Part shown: piece after piece, positions 33,101 to 40,452 of the stretch
How positions within the stretch are numbered: the first letter of the stretch is position 1
Layout of the letters: the number at the start of each line of letters is the position of its first letter
IMG/VR virus record: IMGVR_UViG_3300045988_062964
Location: 1 to 45,338 of that record
Strand: one strand, 5' to 3'
Source: a virus
Length of the DNA: 45,338 nt
Translations under genes and position numbers: made by a program
Notes under the pieces: model-generated
What the model was told of the DNA's origin: nothing
The model's input: only the letters and a program-made list of their open reading frames with translations
Database searches by the model: none

Positions 33101-33117
33101 TGTGAAATAATGAAAAG

Positions 33118-33336
33118 TTACATTGCTTTTGGATCGTCTGTTCTTCCTAGCAAGTAATCCACAGATACATTGAAATGGTCTGCTATTTTTACAACAGATA
33201 CTATTTCAGGAATCACTCCATCCCGCTCATATCTCAAAATTGAGTTCTTGCTGATGCCACATAACTCCGCCAGAACACAGGGCTGTGTCCCTTCCTTCTC
33301 CCTCAACTTCTTCAATCTCTCCCGGAACTCGTTCAA
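33118..33336 (-). CDS. XRE-family HTH protein (72 aa)
   Basis: Motif LREKEGTQPCVLAELCGISKNSILRYERDG..P. Confidence 0.8.
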   Translation of the reverse strand: MNEFRERLKKLREKEGTQPCVLAELCGISKNSILRYERDGVIPEIVSVVKIADHFNVSVDYLLGRTDDPKAM

Positions 33337-33339
33337 GGG

Positions 33340-33570
33340 CTATCCCTCCTTCGGCGGGTCGGGGAGGGGCATCCACCACGAAACGTTGTCATCCTCCCAG
33401 TCAAGCCATTCGTCTATAATCCATCCGTCATCCTTATTCCATGAGCCAAGCTGATACGCTTCTTCAAGAGTAATATTGCTTCTTGGCTTTCCGCTTGCAA
33501 TGCATAACACAGGCTCGTGTTCTTTTGGCAGCCTTTCCTTGACGCTAATCCACTCACTCATGCTGTCCAT
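33340..33570 (-). CDS. DUF551-like protein
   Basis: Has WISVKERLPKEHEPVL ... WWMPLPDPP. Confidence 0.65.
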   Translation of the reverse strand: MDSMSEWISVKERLPKEHEPVLCIASGKPRSNITLEEAYQLGSWNKDDGWIIDEWLDWEDDNVSWWMPLPDPPKEG

Positions 33571-33730
33571 CCTCTTCTCTTTGCTTCTGCCTCAGTCTCC
33601 GCTTTGCAAGCCGTTTGTTGGCCTTCTTCATCTTCGACCACCCACTATGATTTCTGGCCCAGGAAGCACAGAGATGGGAAAACTCCGATTGGTACGGCAG
33701 ATTGCCTTTATAGGGATTTGCCTGTTTCAC
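33554..33730 (-). CDS. Small basic protein (58 aa), tentative
   Basis: The GTG start overlaps the upstream TGA (GTGA) after the SD GGAGGG. The C-terminus is Lys/Arg-rich. Confidence 0.35.
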   Translation of the reverse strand: MKQANPYKGNLPYQSEFSHLCASWARNHSGWSKMKKANKRLAKRRLRQKQREEDGQHE

Positions 33731-34146
33731 TGTCCGCCCTCCCCGTCGTGGATGTTGCCACAAATCTCGTCCAGTTTGACGGATTCGCCGGGACAGAGGG
33801 AGGGGAACAGCGCCGTATCTAACGTTGTAATAACAAATTTGTTGCTAAACACCTTAATGTAAGGGTCACATTCATTGAGGCTGTCTGCCTCTGGGTATAG
33901 CAGTCTGATAGCCTTTGCCCTCTCCACCTCCTGCTCCGTCCAGCGGGGCTTGCGGGCGATGTTTTCTGGATGATTTATGAGATTGTTAAGACATTCCACA
34001 GTGGAGAATCCCCAGCAGTCATTTGATATTTCAATCTGGAATGTCCCATATTTATTGATACGAAATCGCCCTAACGTGTTTCCTCTAATTTCAAACTTTT
34101 CTTCTGGTTCAACCCCAAGCACCTCGCAAATTCTCGGCTTGTCCAT
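33727..34146 (-). CDS. Hypothetical early protein
   Basis: 139-aa ORF, no family recognised. Confidence 0.6.
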   Translation of the reverse strand: MDKPRICEVLGVEPEEKFEIRGNTLGRFRINKYGTFQIEISNDCWGFSTVECLNNLINHPENIARKPRWTEQEVERAKAIRLLYPEADSLNECDPYIKVFSNKFVITTLDTALFPSLCPGESVKLDEICGNIHDGEGGQ

Positions 34147-34483
34147 GTTGGCCCCCCTCCTTGATTTTCAGGTACTTTTCGATGGCTTCGTTTAGGTCGG
34201 CCTCCTCGTCCATGCGAGCGCCGCAGTTGGGGCAGTACGTTAGCCTGTAAGGCTGGCTATACGCAATGTGGTTACAAGCAGAACACAAAAAATGATATGT
34301 TCCATAACTTTTCCCGCAAGAACAGTATGCATTATACTTTACGGGTTTCCACTTCCCATGCCGCACCGGGGCAACGTCGGCGGCGGGGAGCCCCTCAAAG
34401 TCCGAAACAACAGAGGCACATGATTCGTCTGCGAAAAGCCATAGCAGATTGATAGCATCCGCCTTCTCGATGTACTCCTTCAT
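34109..34483 (-). CDS. Hypothetical zinc-ribbon early protein
   Basis: The start at MKEYIEKADAI follows the SD GGAGGCGGAGG. Cys pattern is CSC...CSAC...CPNC. Confidence 0.6.
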   Translation of the reverse strand: MKEYIEKADAINLLWLFADESCASVVSDFEGLPAADVAPVRHGKWKPVKYNAYCSCGKSYGTYHFLCSACNHIAYSQPYRLTYCPNCGARMDEEADLNEAIEKYLKIKEGGQHGQAENLRGAWG

Positions 34484-34620
34484 TCCTCCGCCTCCCACTG
34501 TTTCTTCATGTCTTCGTATAACTCTTCCATCTTTCGATTCCACCCCTTGAGCTTCCACAGGACAAGCAGGCCAAGCGCCATCCACTCCACAGCAGCTATG
34601 ATCGTCAGGATATCAGCCAT
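34480..34620 (-). CDS. Small membrane protein (46 aa)
   Basis: Not on the ORF track. Translation is MADILTIIAAVEWMALGLLVLWKLKGWNRKMEELYEDMKKQWEAEE, with SD GGAGGGAG. Confidence 0.45.
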   Translation of the reverse strand: MADILTIIAAVEWMALGLLVLWKLKGWNRKMEELYEDMKKQWEAEE

Positions 34621-34834
34621 CCTGCTCCCTCCGTAGTGCGTTCATTCTTAGTTTTGCGACGGCCATATCAATTTTTAGGGCACAAAGCTCGCACAAATCA
34701 GGCGTTACGCTTGAAATATCCCATTCCTTGCATTTGAATGTTCGAGTGCTTTCTACTACACCAAAAGGAGTTTTGACCTCTTCAGTTGGCAATTCAGTGC
34801 CGCAAATATCACAGCATACCGTTGTTTTAACCAT
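34613..34834 (-). CDS. Small zinc-ribbon early protein
   Basis: The start at MVKTTVCCDICG follows the SD GGAGGGAG. It ends ALRREQDG, like the upstream gene. Confidence 0.6.
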   Translation of the reverse strand: MVKTTVCCDICGTELPTEEVKTPFGVVESTRTFKCKEWDISSVTPDLCELCALKIDMAVAKLRMNALRREQDG

Positions 34835-35345
34835 CCTGCTCCCTCCGTAGTGCGGACTCGGCTTCCTCACGGGTCAGGAAAACGGTTTTGCCGATGTCCT
34901 CAAAGCCAAAAGTTTCTGATTTGTCATCGTTGATGCAAAACCAACTTTCTTTTGGCGGCAGATTTGCCCGTCGTTCATCGTAAATGATGAAATGGCTCAC
35001 GCGCTTTTCAAGGATTTTCTCTGCATACGGGTAATACACCGTTTTCCCGATTAACTTGTCCGCCTGGGCCAGTTCGCGGAGGCGGTCAATGGGGCCGAGA
35101 GCACTTAACTCTTGCTTGTCCAACCTTAGCCCGAAAACCTCACCCTTAAGTTGTTCAATTTCCCCTGGCTCCAAGCCAGTCTCCTCATAGGCGGAGAGTC
35201 TGTCAAATGCCTTTGCTATGGGGCAATCCGTGCACCCTCTATCTTCTTGCCTTTGACACACTTCCCGGCACTCTAAATTATCCGCGCCTTTTACCTGCCA
35301 GCAGTGACTGCCTCCAATTTGGAAATCATAAGTTAACCTATCCAT
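34827..35345 (-). CDS. Hypothetical early protein
   Basis: The start at MDRLTYDF follows the SD GGAGGAGGGG. 172 aa. Confidence 0.6.
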   Translation of the reverse strand: MDRLTYDFQIGGSHCWQVKGADNLECREVCQRQEDRGCTDCPIAKAFDRLSAYEETGLEPGEIEQLKGEVFGLRLDKQELSALGPIDRLRELAQADKLIGKTVYYPYAEKILEKRVSHFIIYDERRANLPPKESWFCINDDKSETFGFEDIGKTVFLTREEAESALRREQDG

Positions 35346-35347
35346 AC

Positions 35348-35641
35348 TCACCCCTCCTCCGGGCCGCGCCATTCCCAGTTTTCAGCGTCATTGCACCCAG
35401 GGCAGGACGGGGCGTGCTCGTGCACACACGTATCGCAGACAGACACCATTTCCAAATCTCTAATCGCCGCATCCCTCTCCCGTTTTACCCGCTCCTGCTC
35501 GGCCCGCAGCTTCTCGTTTTCGGCCTGGAGCGTGGAGAGGGCGTCAGCCGCCTCTATACACAAATCCATGATTTCCAGTGTTGCCTTGTCCTTGTACAGG
35601 CTTTCGGTTCGCAGCCGCTCAATCAGCTTCTCAATGTTCAT
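35348..35641 (-). CDS. Hypothetical coiled-coil / Cys-rich early protein
   Basis: The start at MNIEKLIERL follows the SD GGAGGAGGA. It has a CDTC...CPGC motif. Confidence 0.6.
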   Translation of the reverse strand: MNIEKLIERLRTESLYKDKATLEIMDLCIEAADALSTLQAENEKLRAEQERVKRERDAAIRDLEMVSVCDTCVHEHAPSCPGCNDAENWEWRGPEEG

Positions 35642-35871
35642 CAGGTGTCCTCCTCCGCTGGCTGCTGGAGCCACTCCAAGCATTCTTGCACCTCGCTCAT
35701 TTGCCAGCCTTCAAAGCAAAGCAGATGCGCCAACTCCTCGTCGCTCATGGCCCGGATGCGTTCGGCGTTGGACAAAATTCGTCCTGGTTTGTACTGAGGG
35801 CACCAAGAAATTCTGGCCGTTGTCCCGGCGTTATTGCAGTCATTTTTGCAAGTAATGCAAATCGTTTTCAT
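35641..35871 (-). CDS. Hypothetical early protein
   Basis: 76 aa with ATGA coupling at both ends. N-terminal CITCKNDC. Confidence 0.55.
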   Translation of the reverse strand: MKTICITCKNDCNNAGTTARISWCPQYKPGRILSNAERIRAMSDEELAHLLCFEGWQMSEVQECLEWLQQPAEEDT

Positions 35872-36095
35872 GCGTTTTCCTTCCTCTCCGGCGGCCCATC
35901 AAAGGCCGTCCAGTATTGGCCGTACAGATCTAGGCTAAACGGCTTGATGTGCTTGCAGTAGAGGTATCCATCCCTGCACCCCTCTGCAATCTCCAACCCG
36001 CCCCATTGGAGCTGAGCTATGCCTGCCCCCTCAATGTAGATTGCGGTCTCCTGGGTGATGGATTCTAGCTCCTGGCGGGTGTATTGCCGTCTCAT
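35868..36095 (-). CDS. Hypothetical early protein
   Basis: The start at MRRQYTRQ follows the SD GGAGGT. Confidence 0.55.
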   Translation of the reverse strand: MRRQYTRQELESITQETAIYIEGAGIAQLQWGGLEIAEGCRDGYLYCKHIKPFSLDLYGQYWTAFDGPPERKENA

Positions 36096-36460
36096 GGCGA
36101 TACCTCCGGCAGGCGGCGGTAGGCAAGCCATGTTTGGCCGTATAGTTCTCTATTTCCGTAATCGTACTGGTCAAACGCCGACACAAACAAAGCCTTAATA
36201 TCGTCAACGGTATGCACTAACACCCAGCAACTTTCCCCATCTTCCAGCTCGACGATATATACAGGCTTTGCTATCATATTGTCCAGCTCATTCCATGTCA
36301 GCGGCTCGTTCGGCGGGGTGAGGGTGGGCGCATGAGTTATTTCCCACAGCGCTTGATTCAGCCCATCATTGAATCCAGATTCAAACTGACTTACCGGGGT
36401 TGGTTTGTGGTGACGGTTGATTGCCTCCAGTATTTGTACCGCATCAACAGGTCTCGCCAT
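36092..36460 (-). CDS. Hypothetical early protein
   Basis: 122 aa, SD GGAGGCGCTGAACG. Confidence 0.6.
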   Translation of the reverse strand: MARPVDAVQILEAINRHHKPTPVSQFESGFNDGLNQALWEITHAPTLTPPNEPLTWNELDNMIAKPVYIVELEDGESCWVLVHTVDDIKALFVSAFDQYDYGNRELYGQTWLAYRRLPEVSP

Positions 36461-36578
36461 CGTTCAGCGCCTCCTCGAAATAATCACACCCATCCAAACA
36501 AAAACAGCTTGCGTCCTGGCTCTCCTGGCTTCTCCACAGGTCGCACACCTTCTTGTGGATGCAAGCTTCACAGTTCAT
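36444..36578 (-). CDS. Small Cys-rich protein (44 aa)
   Basis: Not on the ORF track. Translation is MNCEACIHKKVCDLWRSQESQDASCFCLDGCDYFEEALNDGETC. It has the same GGAGGCGCTGAACGATG initiation region as the next gene. Confidence 0.45.
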   Translation of the reverse strand: MNCEACIHKKVCDLWRSQESQDASCFCLDGCDYFEEALNDGETC

Positions 36579-36728
36579 CGTTCAGCGCCTCCAATCTTAA
36601 ACCCCAATACTGGCGGCAATACGAATCAAGCCGACCATGATTAAAAGTACTCCTAACAGCAACGGGAACTTATCATCCATTTCTCATTTCCTCCAACCTC
36701 TCCATCACCATGTCCACGGCCTTGTCCG

Positions 36729-37181
36729 TCATGGGAGCCGTTTCCGTTTTTGTCCATTAATAATCCTCCAAACATACGCCGGGTCAATCCCATACTTCTT
36801 CCCAAGCGCTATAGTGCCATGTTCACGATCATAGGGAACATACTCTGCCCGGATCGCTTCCACGATTTCTGGCGTTGCTTTCTTTGCCCGCTCTCCAAAT
36901 AGCCCAGTTTCTACGGCATGGACTACATTTCCTTGATGTGTCACCCACTCAAGGTTTGTCACGCAATTATTTTTCTTGTTCCCGTCCTTATGATTTACCT
37001 CTGGAAGATTTAGCGGGTTTGGAATAAATGCCTCGGCAACAAGTCTATGCACACGCATCATACCAGAATCCCCAAACCTAACACGATCATATCCCCGTGC
37101 ATCATCACATTTTGTAAGGGTAATTCCATCAACCATGTAATCTCTTCCAAGTTCGTCTGTATATGTACGCGGAACGGACAT
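36729..37181 (-). CDS. HNH homing endonuclease (NUMOD4 plus HNH_3 type); may extend 5' to 37256
   Basis: Core is VHRLVAEAFIPNP...EVNHKDGNKKNN..NLEWVT. An in-frame NUMOD4-like peptide, EQWRPVKGYEGKYIVSSKGNV, lies upstream of the first ATG. Confidence 0.85.
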   Translation of the reverse strand: MSVPRTYTDELGRDYMVDGITLTKCDDARGYDRVRFGDSGMMRVHRLVAEAFIPNPLNLPEVNHKDGNKKNNCVTNLEWVTHQGNVVHAVETGLFGERAKKATPEIVEAIRAEYVPYDREHGTIALGKKYGIDPAYVWRIINGQKRKRLP

Positions 37182-37260
37182 TACATTTCCCTTACTGCTA
37201 ACTATATACTTTCCCTCGTAACCCTTTACAGGTCTCCACTGTTCAGCCGTTTTTATTCAC

Positions 37261-37542
37261 CTACTTCCTCTCCGCAAAAGAGCAATAGTCATCAGCGTCC
37301 GGGGTTTCATCGTTCCCCCATCTGCACTCAGGATGGGGATACCCGCCGTTATTGTCCTGCCAGAACCGGCAATCTCTGCAAAGTATTACCTGCTCCCGGC
37401 TGACGGGGCGGAGGGCGGTGAGAAGGGTGTCAACAGTTTCGTCCGTTAGGTCAAAGGCATGCTTTAGCGTTTCTCCATCTGGGAACATCGGTTCATAGCC
37501 CTGGTACTGCTTCAATAGCTTAATCGCTTCTTCCCGCGTCAT
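37261..37542 (-). CDS. Hypothetical early protein
   Basis: 93-aa ORF with CRDC...C...C. Confidence 0.55.
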   Translation of the reverse strand: MTREEAIKLLKQYQGYEPMFPDGETLKHAFDLTDETVDTLLTALRPVSREQVILCRDCRFWQDNNGGYPHPECRWGNDETPDADDYCSFAERK

Positions 37543-37970
37543 GGCTGGGCCTCCTCCCCGTTGCCGAGGGACAGCTTACCACCCTGGTAGAGTTGATAGA
37601 GCGTCCTGCCTCGTCCATCGGTCAGATAGGGCAGGAATACCTCGTCAATCTGCACCTGCCCGGCCTCAACAATCGCCATCTGGGCCATAATCCAGTTCTG
37701 GACGTTGCGCCAAGCGGTTCGTTCTGCCTGCCCCGGCGCCGCCTTGACCTTTTGCCGGGCAAATACCGCCCGAACACCGTCCACATTGGCCGGGAGAAGA
37801 AACCCCCGCAGGCCTTCCGGCGTTTGAATGCCAAATGTTACGCCGGTCGGGTTCCCGGCTCCGTCATAGTCCACCATGACCTTCCGCGCCCCGTGGCTGG
37901 CAAGCGCACCCTGTATTTCTCCCAGGCTTTTGTAAACATCTATTGTGGTCGTATAGTTCTTAATCGCCAT
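37539..37970 (-). CDS. Hypothetical early protein
   Basis: 143-aa ORF with ATGA coupling. Confidence 0.6.
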   Translation of the reverse strand: MAIKNYTTTIDVYKSLGEIQGALASHGARKVMVDYDGAGNPTGVTFGIQTPEGLRGFLLPANVDGVRAVFARQKVKAAPGQAERTAWRNVQNWIMAQMAIVEAGQVQIDEVFLPYLTDGRGRTLYQLYQGGKLSLGNGEEAQP

Positions 37971-38271
37971 TTCCCATGCCCTCCAGCATCTCCATCTCCT
38001 CAGCGCTCAGAATCGGTGCGCGGGTGTTCCAGGCGAGGCGGGCTTCGTATTTAGGCTCCACAGCACAAATCTGAGAAATGATATCTTCTCCGTCTGCGTC
38101 CATTCGGCAAATCTCCAACCCGCACACCTTGCAACGTACGTAGGCAATGCTTGTGCCCCCAAAGCACCTTGCTTGTCCGCCACAGCACGGGCAGGGGAGC
38201 AGTTCGTATCGCTCCGTCAGCCGCTTCGTCGCCTCGTGGTCGCCCAGCATGGCGCGCGTCTTATCGTCCAT
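37960..38271 (-). CDS. Lar-family restriction alleviation-like protein
   Basis: The start at MDDKTRAM follows the SD AGGAGGAA. Has LLPCPCCGGQA...VRCKVCGLE...ARLAWNTRAP. Confidence 0.55.
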   Translation of the reverse strand: MDDKTRAMLGDHEATKRLTERYELLPCPCCGGQARCFGGTSIAYVRCKVCGLEICRMDADGEDIISQICAVEPKYEARLAWNTRAPILSAEEMEMLEGMGNGD

Positions 38272-38704
38272 CGTTCGATTCCTCCTTGACTGCTTTCCAG
38301 CGTTCTTTGCGGCTACACGTTCCGCCGGCCGCATCACAAATGCTCTTGGATGAGCAGCGTTCGCATGGCCCAGCCTTAAAAAATTCTTTCATGTACATCG
38401 CGGTGGTCGATATGCTGTATCCGGTGGCCTGGGCTATCGTCTCCGGCCCATACCCGTCCAGCGCCATGCGCTCCAGCAAATCACGGGACGGTTTTGGCCT
38501 TTTCGCCCTGGTATGTAGGAGGCAGCCAACTCTTTTCGGGTTGCAGTCCGGCAGCGGGCACCGCCCACAGAGTTCGGCCTCCTCTGTATCCCGCTCCGTA
38601 ATCCTGCGCTCCGTAATCCTGCGCTCCGCAATCGGCTCCATCGCGTCCAGGCTGCGCCAGGGTGCCACCGCTCCGCTGATGCCGTAGGGGTCTGCGGTTA
38701 TCAT
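38261..38704 (-). CDS. Hypothetical HTH / Cys-rich protein with an internal ERRIT repeat
   Basis: 147 aa. GYGPETIAQATGYSISTTAMYM is HTH-like. AERRITERRITERD arises from a 15-bp tandem repeat. Confidence 0.6.
   Translation of the reverse strand: MITADPYGISGAVAPWRSLDAMEPIAERRITERRITERDTEEAELCGRCPLPDCNPKRVGCLLHTRAKRPKPSRDLLERMALDGYGPETIAQATGYSISTTAMYMKEFFKAGPCERCSSKSICDAAGGTCSRKERWKAVKEESNDGR
38593..38635. repeat. 15-bp tandem repeat, about 2.8 copies
   Basis: gctccgtaatcctgc occurs at 38593-38607 and 38608-38622, with a degenerate copy at 38623-38635. Confidence 0.9.
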
Positions 38705-38707
38705 GGG

Positions 38708-39055
38708 CTATACCTCCACCACATGGATTCCGCGCCCGGCCATGAGCTTTTTCTTCAGCTTGTATTCTTTGGTCTTGTAGCCCTTCACGTCCTCCACCAC
38801 GACCTCCCATCGGGTGTCTACACCCTCTTTGACCGCCCGGCGGTATGAGAAGTCGGCCCGGTACTTGATGGCCCGCACATGCTCACCCAGCGACGTGGTG
38901 AACGCCTCCTGGAGGGTGAACTCCGGCTGGAGCTTCAGATCCCGAATCTCTCCGGCACAAAGCCGAAGCATGAGCTGGTCATACCGTGCGGCCTCTTTCT
39001 GGCTGTCGAATGTAATGCCGTTTCGCACGGCCTTCTTGTTGCCGTATTTATTCAT
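38708..39055 (-). CDS. DUF1064 protein (putative PD-(D/E)xK resolvase-like)
   Basis: Has MNKYGNKKAVRNGITFDSQKEAARYDQL...YRADFSY...VEDVKGYKT.EYKLKKKL. Confidence 0.8.
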   Translation of the reverse strand: MNKYGNKKAVRNGITFDSQKEAARYDQLMLRLCAGEIRDLKLQPEFTLQEAFTTSLGEHVRAIKYRADFSYRRAVKEGVDTRWEVVVEDVKGYKTKEYKLKKKLMAGRGIHVVEV

Positions 39056-39197
39056 TCAGCGCCTCCAATGCTATATCGATTGCAGCCGCAATTTGTTGAT
39101 GTATTTCTGCAAATTCGGAGTCCGTTTTTGCAAGGGCCTTATGTTTCATAAGCAGTCCATTTAGAACAACGTATGCCCCAGTCCTATCCATGTCCAT
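39048..39197 (-). CDS. Small hypothetical protein (49 aa)
   Basis: Not on the ORF track. Translation is MDMDRTGAYVVLNGLLMKHKALAKTDSEFAEIHQQIAAAIDIALEALNE. It overlaps both neighbours. Confidence 0.4.
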   Translation of the reverse strand: MDMDRTGAYVVLNGLLMKHKALAKTDSEFAEIHQQIAAAIDIALEALNE

Positions 39198-40452
39198 CTC
39201 TGGCTGCCTCCCAACTATATCTCTTTGTCGGATTTCCTCCCGCGTCGTAATATCTCCGTGATTTGGCGTCGAACATCAACGGGATTACCTCGCGGCTACC
39301 GGTCTCTCTGGCCTTGATAATCCTGATCCTGGAGTCAACTTCGTCGGATTCCTTTGCCCGCTCCACAGAAAAAACATTGTCAGCGAGGTTGGTAATCTCC
39401 GCCGCTCCCGCAACGTCGTCTGCTGTCAGTCCCCGCTCCTCTCCAGCCTTCCTGGGATGGGCCACCAGATGCACATGTACATCGTGGCGTTTTGCGAAGG
39501 CGCTGAGTCTCTGCGTAAAAGCTTTCTGGGCCCCATAATGACCAAGCTCCACTTCTCCCTTCAGACTTGCGGTCATGATGTTATCCACCAAGTACACCGA
39601 ACACCCGTATCGACGGTAGGCATACTCAAACAGGCGCAGTATGTTGTCCTCGTCATGGGCATTTGACTGTCGCAAATCGGTCAGGAGAAAGCTCCCTTCC
39701 AGCCATTGGTCAATCGCCCGAACAGCTTCTTTTGACGGCGCGTACTCCATCCGCCCCGTTCTGGGGTCTGGCTGCTCTACAAGATTCCTCGGCCCTGCGA
39801 TCTGCGGCAGCACAAACCGTTTGAACTGCCTCGCCGGGAGCTCACCGGAATAGGCACATACAGTTCGGTTCTGGTTGATTGATTCCACGAGCATCTGCCC
39901 GAGAAGCGTCGATTTCCCTTCGCCGCGCCTGCCTGTCCATACTGACAATTCGCCTCCCCGGAATCCTCCGGTGCAGTAGTCCAGCGGCACCAGCCCGGAC
40001 ATCATGCGGTTTTGCGAAATGGGTGCGTCCATCTCCACTTGCGACAGGTCAATTAGCCCCGGCCTCGGCACATCCAAAGCGCCAAACAAAAGGCTTTCTA
40101 CCGCCTTTGGGCCAGCATTGTCCAGCAGTTCGACCACTGATTCATTCCCGCGAAACGCCGCCTTATCCGCCACAAGGATAGTGACCGGCACCCACTTCTG
40201 GAGCTGGCCCACAATCTCCTCCCGGTCTGCATCGTTTGGTGTTGCGACGAACACATAGCAGAACTGGGTGATAAACTCCGTGCAGGCAGTTAAGTCCTCC
40301 CAAGCCGCGTATCTGTTCTTGCACACGGCGTTAATACCAACCGCCGCCGCGTCCTCCGGCGTAGCGCACCACCAAAGTCCTGTCGGCAGGGATGGGTCAA
40401 TCATTTCTGCCCGGAATGTCAGCAGCAGTGAAATATCGCTCTGGCTGGTCAT
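39184..40452 (-). CDS. Replicative DNA helicase (DnaB-like C-terminal RecA-fold domain)
   Basis: 422 aa. Walker A is GRRGEGKST. Walker B-like region is VYLVDNIM. It lies downstream of the replisome organiser. Confidence 0.85.
   Translation of the reverse strand: MTSQSDISLLLTFRAEMIDPSLPTGLWWCATPEDAAAVGINAVCKNRYAAWEDLTACTEFITQFCYVFVATPNDADREEIVGQLQKWVPVTILVADKAAFRGNESVVELLDNAGPKAVESLLFGALDVPRPGLIDLSQVEMDAPISQNRMMSGLVPLDYCTGGFRGGELSVWTGRRGEGKSTLLGQMLVESINQNRTVCAYSGELPARQFKRFVLPQIAGPRNLVEQPDPRTGRMEYAPSKEAVRAIDQWLEGSFLLTDLRQSNAHDEDNILRLFEYAYRRYGCSVYLVDNIMTASLKGEVELGHYGAQKAFTQRLSAFAKRHDVHVHLVAHPRKAGEERGLTADDVAGAAEITNLADNVFSVERAKESDEVDSRIRIIKARETGSREVIPLMFDAKSRRYYDAGGNPTKRYSWEAARDGHG

Noticed and set aside
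32347-33110. ORFs of 60-149 aa on both strands in the antirepressor-XRE gap (for example 32416-32865, minus strand, 149 aa).
   Set aside because: They overlap each other, are Arg/Ala/Gly-rich, have no SD and resemble no protein family. The region is better explained as structured non-coding sequence.
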